Below are positions 12,330-22,478 of a stretch of DNA of 64,000 nucleotides, in pieces. The translations under genes were made by a program, and so were the position numbers. Positions within the stretch are counted from its first letter, which is position 1; every line of letters starts with the position of its first letter. This DNA is from Botryllus schlosseri (Eukaryota). A model generated the notes under the pieces. The model saw only the letters and a list, made by a program, of their open reading frames with translations, had not been told where the DNA came from and made no database searches. Location of the stretch: assembly GCA_051294905.1 (NCBI GenBank), contig CM119378.1, positions 496,001 through 560,000 on the forward strand, given 5' to 3'.

Positions 12330-15300
12330 GAGCTAGGCGTCGTGGTGAGCGGACGTGTTTTCAGCGCTCCCGTAAGTAGCTATGATAACTGTCGAAAATC
12401 CAGGATTCTAGAAGGCAAGAAGTCGATTTATCTAGTTAGATAGACAGAATTTTCACCAACCAAATTGATACACCAACGATACAGCAAGAAATCGGTTGAA
12501 GACGCAAAAAGTTTGATGAACTGGATATATCATTTGGAAATAGGATATCAAGACTGAACAGAACTGTGGTTGCTACATCGGGAAATTTGCCATTGGCTGC
12601 AATACTTCACCAAACGTCAGACAATCAATATCGATTTGGACCCAGCTTCGCCAACCGTTGGACAAAATACATAGCAATTGTGAACCGGAACTCTACTTGA
12701 TATTATTCATCCAAAGGTTTGGTGCTAATATATTTCGATATATGCTACTGTAAAATCGCTACTGTAGCGCTATTGTAGCGCTCTTCGCCCATATAATTGG
12801 ATTAAGCCAGCGTTGCGTGAAGCGAATCGAACTACGGGAACGCATAAGTATCTCCATTCACTGACAAGCTAACATGGAAATTTGGGTCAACTCGGAATCA
12901 TGACGAATAAGAATAGTTTCCCACTGATCAGAAAGTGTAACTCAATATCGATCAACGAGACGGCATCAATTCTGCAAGCCCCGAAGGGTAAACAAATTAG
13001 TTTGATTCATACAAATATCAGAGGATTGCAATCTAATTCCCACCTTGATGAGTTAAAAGACCTTATCGTTGACCTGAAGTCACCTACCCTCGTAGCAATT
13101 TCAGAAATAAACTTTTCAACCAAACCCACGCAAAACGTTGATATATCGGGCTACAACTTCGAGTATACTCCGGCACCGAAGTCAAAGAAATCTTACGGAG
13201 GTGTTGGTCTTTACATTGAAGAAAAAATTCCTTACGAAATTTGCACGGACTACGATCTGAATGTCAAAGATTGCGAAGAGCTATGGCTGGAAGTTGATCA
13301 CCCAATTGGAATTCATAAATCTTCTCTTGTGGCGGTATTATACCGTCATCCCACGAAAAACATGAACCAATTCGCAAAAGCGTTGGAGCGCTCACTGGAC
13401 AAAGTCAACAGCGACAAAAAGATGTGTTTCATTGCGGGAGATATTAACATAAACCTTCTAAAACACAAAGGCAACGCATACTCCAACGCCTCCAAATCCG
13501 CCGGTCTTTACCAAATGATCACCGAGCCTACACGCATAACCGAAAAGTCAAAGACTTTGATCGACCACATATATACCAACTCGCGCGACATGGAAATCAT
13601 TCCATTTGTCATTTCGGCAAAAATCAGTGACCACAACCATATTGGTTTTCTATCACAAGAACAACAAAGGACACCCCCCGAAACATATCACCTCTGCAGA
13701 CGACGAGAGTTAGTGGACGAAGAAGCGCTCGATGATGCCGCATTCGATCAATTTAAAACATCAGCCATCCCCCACATCTCGGTAAACAACTTTGACGAAA
13801 AATTTGTAGAGTTTATGTCAGCTATCAAATCACTGCTGGAACAATTTGCACCTCTACAGCGCCTTTCGAGAAGTCAAAGAAAATTGAAGCGAAATCCGTG
13901 GATGACCACAAAGCTGATTCAACTTATCCGTAAACGTAACCGGTGGCATAACCGAATAGACACCAAGAACTGCCCAGAACATGAACGAGAAAGATTTCGA
14001 CGTTTCAGGAATCGCACCGTGCATCTCATTGCCAAGGCAAAAGCAAAGTACAATGAGAGATTTTTCAACAGACACATAAAGGACACTCGAAAAACATGGT
14101 CAGGACTTAACTCTCTCCTACATCGAAAAAAAGGCCATAAGTCTGTTTCGGAAATTGTGAATTCGGATACCGGAAACAAACTTTCAGACCCGGCGGCCAT
14201 CGCGAATCACTTCAATGAATATTTTTGTAACGTAGGCCCAAATATTGCTTCTTCTATTACAAAACCTGTGTCGGCCAGGTCAGAGGTGAGATCGATATCC
14301 CAGTCAATTGTGCTTGAACCTACGACCAAATACGAAGTAGAAGTAGCCATCCACAAACTGAAATCGCACAAGGCCGACGGCTATGACCAAATCCCATCAT
14401 GGTTTTTAAAAATGATAAGCCTGCATATCGGTCAATATATGGCCCATTTTTTCAACTTCATGATAGAAAATGGAGTTTACCCAAGCTATCTAAAAAAAGC
14501 CAGAGTAGTCCCTGTACACAAAGCTGGGGATAGAACTAACGTCACCAACTACCGTCCGATATCCGTTCTCCCATGCATCGGGATTGTATTCGAAAAGTTG
14601 CTCCTCTCCCGCCTGTCCTCATTCCTCGCCAAAATGTCTGTCATTTCCCCTCAACAATTTGGCTTCCGAAACAAACACCAAACCGCTCATGCCCTCCTAA
14701 CAGTGGCCGAACAGTACTATGATATCTCAGAGAAGCAAAATGTGGGATGTAGCATTTTTCTCGACCTAAAAAAGGCGTTTGACTGCGTAGATCATAAAAT
14801 TCTCATCTCGAAATTGGCGCGTTACGGACTTCGGGGCCCACAACTTGAGCTCATGAAAAGTTACCTCACTGGACGCCAACAAATGGTTGCGATCTCAGAC
14901 ACCTTGTCCTCTCCTCACCCGGTGACCTGTGGTGTGCCCCAGGGCTCAGTACTTGGACCGGTCCTTTTCACCTTATATGTCAACGACATTTTTGAAACCT
15001 CCTCATTGAACACCACACTGTTCGCTGATGATACTCACCTCCTCTCTTCCGCATCTTCGACGGCAGAGCTGGATGCCCTGACTGGTGACCAAATGCCCAA
15101 AGTCCATGAGTGGACGGCCCAGAACAACCTTTGCATAAACGCCTCGAAATCGCAATTGCTGACAGTCAATTCAAAAAATAACCTAACCGTTAATATCGCT
15201 GGTCAGCCCGTTTCCAACACAGATAATGCCAAATATCTCGGAGTTTTACTGGACTCGAACATGTCCTGGAAGAGTCATATTCAGTCCCTAGAAACCAATT

Positions 15301-16115
15301 TATCACCGAAGTGCGGCCTGTTCTACAGCCTTGGGCGCTTCATGCCAGTATGGGTTCTCCTGATACTCTTCAAATCCTTAATCCAATCGAAGTTACATTA
15401 TGGCATCCTCTGTTGGGGGGCTGCCAGTAAAACTGCACTCAAGCCACTGCAGAAACTACAGCATAAAGTGCTCCGAATCATAGCTAGGGCCCCAAAGGGG
15501 CCTGGCTGCCCATCCAATAAGTCGCTGCTGAAGAGATTCGGCGTCCTAAACATAGAAGATATGCGGAAACTAGAAATCGCCAAGTTTATGTATCAGTTTC
15601 ACTGCGGTCGTTGCCCCGAATATTTCAATGACTTCTTTACCTCTGAATCAAAAGCGCACAAGTACAACACACGCGCGTCCACGTCGTCCAAATATCATAT
15701 GATCGACCGAAAAGATCATCGCTCCATCAAATATGCCGGACCTGATGTGTGGAACAGTATCCCGCCGGCCATCCGACAGTCGACGAGCATGTCCACATTC
15801 AAGTCGAAATACAAGCAATTACTACTAAATAAATACAGTCCATCCTCAAGATTACCGGACCACGACTGACCTATCGATCTCGCTTCCCATGACATGCCGC
15901 CCTATTTCTTGTCGCTTTCTTTTTCTATACTGTATTCTTTACTTTCATTCAGTGTGCATGCCTCCTTTTTTACTACGCCTAGGCCAAGGTGGGTGTCCGA
16001 TTCCATTGACAAATCCAAGTCGCTTCGACATCTTCCTGTCTATTCATTGTATCGCATTTTTTGTGGTGTATTGAACTGATAAAATTGCTAATAAACCAAT
16101 GATGATGATGATGAT
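12330..16115 (+). mobile_element. Apparently full-length, single-ORF CR1/L2-group LINE (family 1)
   Basis: ~570-nt leader, uninterrupted APE+RT ORF, 3' UTR with stem-loop, AATAAA (16090-16095) and (GAT)5 tail. The 5' boundary is approximate and no clear TSD was found. Confidence 0.85.
12900..15869 (+). CDS. LINE ORF2: apurinic-type endonuclease + reverse transcriptase (989 aa from the first ATG)
   Basis: APE motifs HTNIRGL, AISE, GGVGLYI, LYRHP, AGDININLL, TLIDHIY and ISDH. RT motifs NYRPIS, QQFGFR, FLDLKKAFDCVDH, GVPQGSVLGP, LFADDT and KYLGV. No stops or frameshifts. Confidence 0.95.
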   Translation: MTNKNSFPLIRKCNSISINETASILQAPKGKQISLIHTNIRGLQSNSHLDELKDLIVDLKSPTLVAISEINFSTKPTQNVDISGYNFEYTPAPKSKKSYGGVGLYIEEKIPYEICTDYDLNVKDCEELWLEVDHPIGIHKSSLVAVLYRHPTKNMNQFAKALERSLDKVNSDKKMCFIAGDININLLKHKGNAYSNASKSAGLYQMITEPTRITEKSKTLIDHIYTNSRDMEIIPFVISAKISDHNHIGFLSQEQQRTPPETYHLCRRRELVDEEALDDAAFDQFKTSAIPHISVNNFDEKFVEFMSAIKSLLEQFAPLQRLSRSQRKLKRNPWMTTKLIQLIRKRNRWHNRIDTKNCPEHERERFRRFRNRTVHLIAKAKAKYNERFFNRHIKDTRKTWSGLNSLLHRKKGHKSVSEIVNSDTGNKLSDPAAIANHFNEYFCNVGPNIASSITKPVSARSEVRSISQSIVLEPTTKYEVEVAIHKLKSHKADGYDQIPSWFLKMISLHIGQYMAHFFNFMIENGVYPSYLKKARVVPVHKAGDRTNVTNYRPISVLPCIGIVFEKLLLSRLSSFLAKMSVISPQQFGFRNKHQTAHALLTVAEQYYDISEKQNVGCSIFLDLKKAFDCVDHKILISKLARYGLRGPQLELMKSYLTGRQQMVAISDTLSSPHPVTCGVPQGSVLGPVLFTLYVNDIFETSSLNTTLFADDTHLLSSASSTAELDALTGDQMPKVHEWTAQNNLCINASKSQLLTVNSKNNLTVNIAGQPVSNTDNAKYLGVLLDSNMSWKSHIQSLETNLSPKCGLFYSLGRFMPVWVLLILFKSLIQSKLHYGILCWGAASKTALKPLQKLQHKVLRIIARAPKGPGCPSNKSLLKRFGVLNIEDMRKLEIAKFMYQFHCGRCPEYFNDFFTSESKAHKYNTRASTSSKYHMIDRKDHRSIKYAGPDVWNSIPPAIRQSTSMSTFKSKYKQLLLNKYSPSSRLPDHD

Positions 16116-18438
16116 TACGTATCATGAACTAGAAATATGATAAGTGACTTTGGCCCCAGTCGAGTAGAATACAGCTGAGAAGAATTTATTGATATTATGG
16201 TTCAATTTAACACCTTTAGATTTAGCGCTTTTTTCTGAATATTTAGCGACATCTAGCGATTTTTGACACCAGATTTAGCGACTTTCTTCCATCTGGAGTT
16301 GGCAACACTGGTTGGAATGGAGTTAGGGTTTGGTATGGAGTTGGGCTTGGATTGTCATCGTGTGGAGTTGTTACTGTGTTAAGTCTTGGATTGGATTGGA
16401 AGTGTTGATGTGTTTACTGTGCCTGCCTTCGTTGTAATATATCTGTCGAATCTGCAATGTGTCTCTGGATCCAGTCGAACCTGAAGTAATATAGCCGCAT
16501 TCAGTTAGATAGCGAAGACTACGACCGAACGGCTACACAAGTAGTGGGGAATCTCGGCAGACTGGGGCCGCGGGCCACATTATCATGTAAGACGGAACGC
16601 TGTCCGCGGGCTAGACAAAATCCCTTCGCGGGCCGGACCCGGCCCTGGTTTATTCGAACATTATATAGTAGCGTATGGAGTCTCAATCACAATGGTCTCT
16701 ATAAAACGTGTTACATACACTAATATACGAGTCTATATGGCTCAGTGAGCTCGAGTCACCACAAGAGTAGTTTCTTATGCGCAGAATATCATGGACGAGT
16801 GATCTCGGGGTCTGTCGCAATGGGAATGCATAAGTTTGGAATATGGTAGATCGTACTTTGCATCATGATTGCTTGTAAGCTCTCGTCACTCAAGGAATGA
16901 GGTAGTTGGAGTAGCCAACATTACCAATTATTGCGTCACATGATAGACTTTGCTCGGAGACGTCGTGTCTAGACTCAATAGAATATCTGATCAACATTAC
17001 TGTTGTCATTATTACATCACAAAATCATGTCATTCCAAGTGCTCGTAAAACCGTTGCACACAGACATGCCACTTCTGGGTTTTTCCACCCAGATCTGGGT
17101 TTTTCAAGCATCGCCTGGGATTCTGGGTTTTTGTCCTTGAAATCTGGGTTTTTTCAACATCCTGTTCGTCAGGTTAATTTTATGTTCCAAAATCAATTAT
17201 ACTAGATTATAGTGAGATATCCTAATTTCGAAAAATGTACGAGCTTCAGTTATTGTCAATTGTCTGCTTGATTGCTGCATTGTCAAGGAATTTTGTTATA
17301 TTGTAATGGCAGAGTCTTGAGAAACGGTTTCACTGCTAAAATGAAAGGCCGAGATATGATGGAGCTTTATTGTATACAACCTTCCAGCTCGCAGAAAGTC
17401 ATGTTAATAGGGCAACTCATTGGAATTCGGAACCGTAAACCGGGGTAACTTTGGGGGTAACCCTAAAAGGAGGGAACGCGGAAACTGCGGAAAACGCGGA
17501 ACTCGCGGAAACGGCCCCTAAAACGCGGAAACTGCGGAAAAAGCGGGAAACCTCGATTCCTAAAGCGCTGAAATAGAGGAAAACGCGGAACGCGGAACAG
17601 TCGGTCATTGACCTTTATAGATCACACAGTAGGCACTAAAACGAGGAAACAGCGGAACGCGGGACAGTCGGCCATCCTAACCTTAACATCCCCCTCTCCC
17701 CCAACCCTAATATCTCCCCTCTCCTCAACCCTAATATCCCCCTCATGGAACCCTAATACCCCACCTCCCCCAACCCTAATATCCCACCTCCCCTAACCCA
17801 GTGTTGGGATGACTCGAGTCATGACTTGACTCGAGTCAGACTCGAGTCACCTTTTTCGTATGACTTGACTTGACTCGAGTCACTTGGCTAAAATGACTTG
17901 ACTTGACTTGACTCGGCGTATCAGAAATGTGGATTGACTCGTGACTCGAAGCAAAATTCACGAGTCAATTTCAAGTCATCAAGTAATCGGTGTCGATAAA
18001 ATTCAGAGTATCTTGCATATGGTCGGATTGTTCGCGAAATGCTGGTGTAACCCGTGAGAGCGACCAATCATTCAATGATCATGCGTTTTACTGAGCCTCC
18101 ATTGTTCTCTCACACATAAATTGACCGCAATCGAAGTGATCCAAACTTACAGCTTACGTTATCGTGAACTAGTATAGTAAAATAATTCAATAACAATGTC
18201 TATTTCTATTCTCTGTTCTTATCTTAACCAAACGTCTTGTTTTATTGAAATCGAATTCGAATATAGTTTATATAGTCCTCAATCATTGGCACCCCTTCGA
18301 ATTGTATCATATCAATTTGTAAATGGGCAATGTAGTGCATCTTATCAATTCGTTTCTCTATTCTCTATTTTGGCCGGTATCTATAAACTGAGGCTGTGCA
18401 ATTAGGCTACTTTCGTAGTTCAGCAGTGGTACGTATAT

Positions 18439-19130
18439 ATTCATTCATTGGTTTATTAGCAATTTTATCAGTTCAATACACCACAAAAAATGCGATACAA
18501 TGAATAGACAGGAAGATGTCGAAGCGACTTGGATTTGTCAATGGAATCGGACACCCACCTTGGCCTAGGCGTAGTAAAGACGAGGCATGCACACTGAATG
18601 AAAGTAAAGAATACAGTATAGAAAAAGAAAGCGACAAGAAATAGGGCGGCATGTCATTGGAAGCGAGATCGATAGGTCAGTCGTGGTCCGGTAATCTTGA
18701 GGATGGACTGTATTTATTTAGTAGTAATTGCTTGTATTTCGACTTGAATGTGGACATGCTCGTCGACTGTCGGATGGCCGGCGGGATACTGTTCCACACA
18801 TCAGGTCCGGCATATTTGATGGAGCGATGATCTTTTCGGCCGATCATATGATAGTTGGACGACGTGGACGCGCGTGTGTTGTACTTGTGCGCTTTTGATT
18901 CAGAGGTAAAGAAGTCATTGAAATATTCGGGGCAACGACCGCAGTGAAACTGATACATAAACTTGGCGATTTCTAGTTTCCGCATATCTTCTATGTTTAG
19001 GACGCCGAATCTCTTCAGCAGCGACTTATTGGATGGGCAGCCAGGCCCCTTTGGGGCCCTAGCTATGATTCGGAGCACTTTATGCTGTAGTTTCTGCAGT
19101 GGCTTGAGTGCAGTTTTACTGGCAGCCCCC
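18439..19130 (-). mobile_element. 5'-truncated copy of LINE family 1
   Basis: Nearly identical to 15416-16100, with only a handful of differences. (GAAT)n tail. TSD TATAT (18434-18438, 19131-19135). Confidence 0.95.
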
Positions 19131-20576
19131 TATATGTGAGCGATACAGCGCTTTCTTGCTTGTATATTTAACTATACATTCGTTCTTTGGTTCAGAAACA
19201 ATGGCCCTTTTCATACCGGGGTTCTGGGAATAACATTTCTCGAAAATGTTTACCGGAACCCCTCTATGTGAACATAACACTGGTGTTTCGGGGCGGTATG
19301 AACGCGCTTATTTTCGGAGATTTTTACGGGACCGACTGAGTATGAACACGAATGGCGCAGCTGGGTTCCCGGAACGCTGTCAATCAAACTTTTAGTTACG
19401 GTAACGCGCTGTTCATTCAGTCTGCTTGTATTTCGAGGTCAGCTACCTGCCGCATTTTGATCTTCTTGGTAATGATGTTGGGAATGCATTATTCTTGGAT
19501 TTATATTCTGTATGCTCACAATACGTAGTCACTGACTACTAGTCAGCTTCTTTTTTCTGTGGTTTTGTAAACAGAGCACGGCTAAAAAGATAGATCACCA
19601 TCTCTAAATGATGCAGCATTGGGTGAGTTGCCTGAAAACGTTCGCACTTCAACACTAATTTGGCAGGTGATCTTAACCCTTACCAAATTTGTTACATCAA
19701 AGGCAAGTTTCTAACCACGGATATGCTGTGTGTAGGTTAGTCGCCGTCATATACGCCTACTGAAAAGGGGATTTAGTAACATCTGCTTTGATAGTGGCAG
19801 CACAGCAGAGAATGATGTCCTTAGCTCTGACTCACTAACCAAGATTCAAATTGTACCAACGGGCTGGTAAGCCATCGTACATCACCCAAGCCATAATTTG
19901 GTTTTCACCTATGCCTTCATTTTCTTGTTACAACCAAGTCATTCCTTTGTTATGCAAGTGTAACTTAATTTGATCTTTTCGCAGGTCTAGATGGACGATA
20001 CTGATGAAAAAGGTGAAAAGGCGGAACTGTGCAAGTGTGCATTAAGTTATAGTTTCTCTCATGAATAAAATGAAACAGCACAAACACATCTGGTTAAGCA
20101 AGAGCATTGTTTATTGAAAAAGTCACACAGGGCATTTCCGACATCTGGGCCAGCGATACTTGGATCACCACCAGGTCTTGTCTTCATTGCGTATACCATC
20201 CTCTGTATCATTCTGGCCTTAGCGGATTGCAGTTCATGAGAAAAGCTGAACACCGCGCCTTCAGTCGACCAAAATCTTTCAACCTTCATGTGTGCTTTGC
20301 CAAGTTTCTGAAAAAGCAATTGTGAATTTCAAGGGCAGCAGAAAGGAAATTTCTATTACATATTTGAAATTAGCTTTAGCTTATGCTCTGTTTGTGTTTC
20401 AGGGAAAAGGCTCCATGAGCCGGGGCTTAAAGGGATAGGCTGCGTCATCAGTTATGTAGGCTAGTACCGAACCCTCTGGCTCCCAATCATGAAGTCATCC
20501 GGAAAAAACTTGAATGCAGCAAATGCATGTTTGGTACAAATGTTGCTGTGGTAATTTTTTATCCACCCACAACACT

Positions 20577-21524
20577 CAAGACTTGTACAAAGTACTGGAA
20601 TTTCAAAATGCGCAACTTCAACTAGAACTACTCAATTTTTTAAACTAGCCAACTTCAACTAGAACTACTCAATTTTTTAAACTAGCAACTAGAACAGCGG
20701 TGGCCAACCTTTTCAGCCAAATCACCACATTCGATTGACGAACTATTCTGCCGGCCACTAGCCGCGCGAAGCACGAAAATTTTTTGAAGTTGATAAATTA
20801 ATAATATTGTCACTTGACTATATTGCAAGCCTGCTGTATATCGCTGGGCTCAGTTTGCAAGGACTGGACTATTCGGCACCTGGACATATCAATATCGAAA
20901 GCTTCGTCCAACATGCGGCAATCATTTTGTGCCTAGGTTTCATAGTCGACGGTCTTTCTGCGAGCGCAAACGGGAGGTCGCGAATATATATATAGTTAGA
21001 CTCAATCTGATAGATTAGGCGTTCTTTCATTTTCACAGAGGGGTAACAATATTAAAAGCAAGAAATCGAGTGACAAGATGTTGCGCCAAGCATGTAGAAA
21101 ATTTTTACTTTTGATTAATCTATCGCAAAGTATTCTGCTTTATTGTAGTGTATGAAGATCTACCAAAATGTGACTGGCTCATAGACCTACCAATGCGTCG
21201 GAACTGATATTTCAGTCATCACATCTCAAGTGCTGCGGCCAGACTAATCAAATTTTTGATTGGCCTTGCAAGTTCACAATCTGTGCAATTCATTTTTGAT
21301 AATAGCCTACTACTAATTTGGGAAATTAACTCGCGGGCCATGGGTTGGCCGGCCCTGAACTAGAACTATCAACTTTTCAATATCTGCTATTAGAACTAGA
21401 ACTACTCACTTTCAAATATCCGCAACTAGAACCAGAAACTATTCACTTTTTCAAATCCACAACTAGAACTACATAGTTTTAGTAAGTAAAAGTAACTAAA
21501 TAAGTAGGTTGATGTACATGTCTG
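20577..21524. mobile_element. hAT-type MITE with AACTAG/AACTAC repeats
   Basis: CAAGACTTGTACA ... TGTACATGTCTG ends. Near-TSD ACAACACT/ACTACACT. Inserted into the CACT terminus of a CACTA-type remnant (to ~21901). Confidence 0.6.
20695..21357. mobile_element. hAT-type MITE (CAGCGGTGGCCAACC...GGTTGGCCGGCCCTG)
   Basis: Perfect TSD AACTAGAA (20687-20694, 21358-21365). Related copy at 34920-35717. Confidence 0.85.
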
Positions 21525-21963
21525 ACTACACTACAAAAAATATACAAATTTGGCCTCATTTTCAGCAATTTCAATCAAGTGAGCAGGGTTGTAACCAAGT
21601 CACAAGTCGATCCCACTTCAATAGTTTTGACTAGATTCAAGTCGAGTCATTTTCAATTTATCACCGAGTCAAATCCGAGTCCAACTCATCGAGCAGAGCG
21701 TCGAGTTCGAGTCATGGTTTTATGACTCGAGTCCAAGACATTGTGGTGATTGCTCAGTTTCCAGTTTAAGTCTATTTTCCATCAATTCGGGTCTTACTTT
21801 TGAGACAAAAAGTAGCCTACTTGGCAAGAACAATTGGTCTTTCAGACTTCTTTTTCTGACATAATGATTCAAGACCAAATTTGTCTGACCTTTTTGCAGT
21901 GGTATGCTACGCAAAAACTGGCTGACATTCCGCCATGACAAATATAGAAATATTACTATGCAC

Positions 21964-22478
21964 TAGGGCTGGGCAAAATTGAGTACCTGAGTGATTCGAT
22001 TCTGAATCACTTATTACGCTTCGAGTCGAGTATCATCATGATGACATCACAACACAATGTACCATGCCAAAATTCAAATGTGTAGGCTACCTTTTATGCC
22101 ACCATAAAGAACATTACGCCTATTGTCCGTCACATTAAAGATACTTTAATGTTTTTTCGACCATACCGTTTTCATTGCACTGCTTGACAGTGTTATATGG
22201 GATGGTCATGACTTCGGAAATGTGTTATTTCCAGCAACGTTCGTAGCTTTGTACTATATCTCGTATGTTGCGACACGGCCAATCAAGGTTTCAAGGCTTA
22301 GGCTACTCAGTGGAAAAGTTTATCAAAACTACGGTATAATTCTCGTTAGTAAATCAACTTTCAGTATAATTTCAGTAGCCTACTCGAAAAGTAGTATTTT
22401 ACTACTCGCCTCGAATCAATAAAGTTAATACTCGATTCAGATTCGAGTACTCGAATCGAATCATTGTGGCTAGCCCTA
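21964..22478 (+). mobile_element. hAT-type MITE, TAGGGCTGGGCA family
   Basis: Colinear with 9626-10144. Near-TSD CTATGCAC/CTAGGCAC. Confidence 0.85.

Larger units (their letters stand above)
10581..16310. mobile_element. hAT-type element with (C/A)AGTGTTGCCAA TIRs and TTTAGCG subterminal repeats, hosting a MITE and LINEs
   Basis: AAGTGTTGCCAA ... TTGGCAACACTG. Perfect TSD GTTGGAAT (10573-10580, 16311-16318). TTTAGCG/CTAGCG clusters at both ends. Confidence 0.85.
10451..16537. mobile_element. Solo LTR (~350 bp when rejoined, Gypsy-like), split by a hAT insertion
   Basis: TG...CA ends with imperfect inverted termini TGTAACCGCTTGGT / ACCGAACGGCTACA. 4-bp TSD CAAG (10447-10450, 16538-16541). 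Segments are 10451-10580 and 16319-16537. Confidence 0.7.
9175..16647. mobile_element. hAT-type non-autonomous element (CAGGGGCGGG...CCGGCCCTG), outer shell of nest 1
   Basis: Perfect 8-bp TSD GTTTATTC (9167-9174, 16648-16655). Removing it restores the uninterrupted repeat seen at 4025-4050. A related short copy lies at 42843-43124. Confidence 0.85.

Noticed and set aside
13854..15583. Minus-strand ORFs within the LINE
   Set aside because: Short antisense shadows of ORF2.
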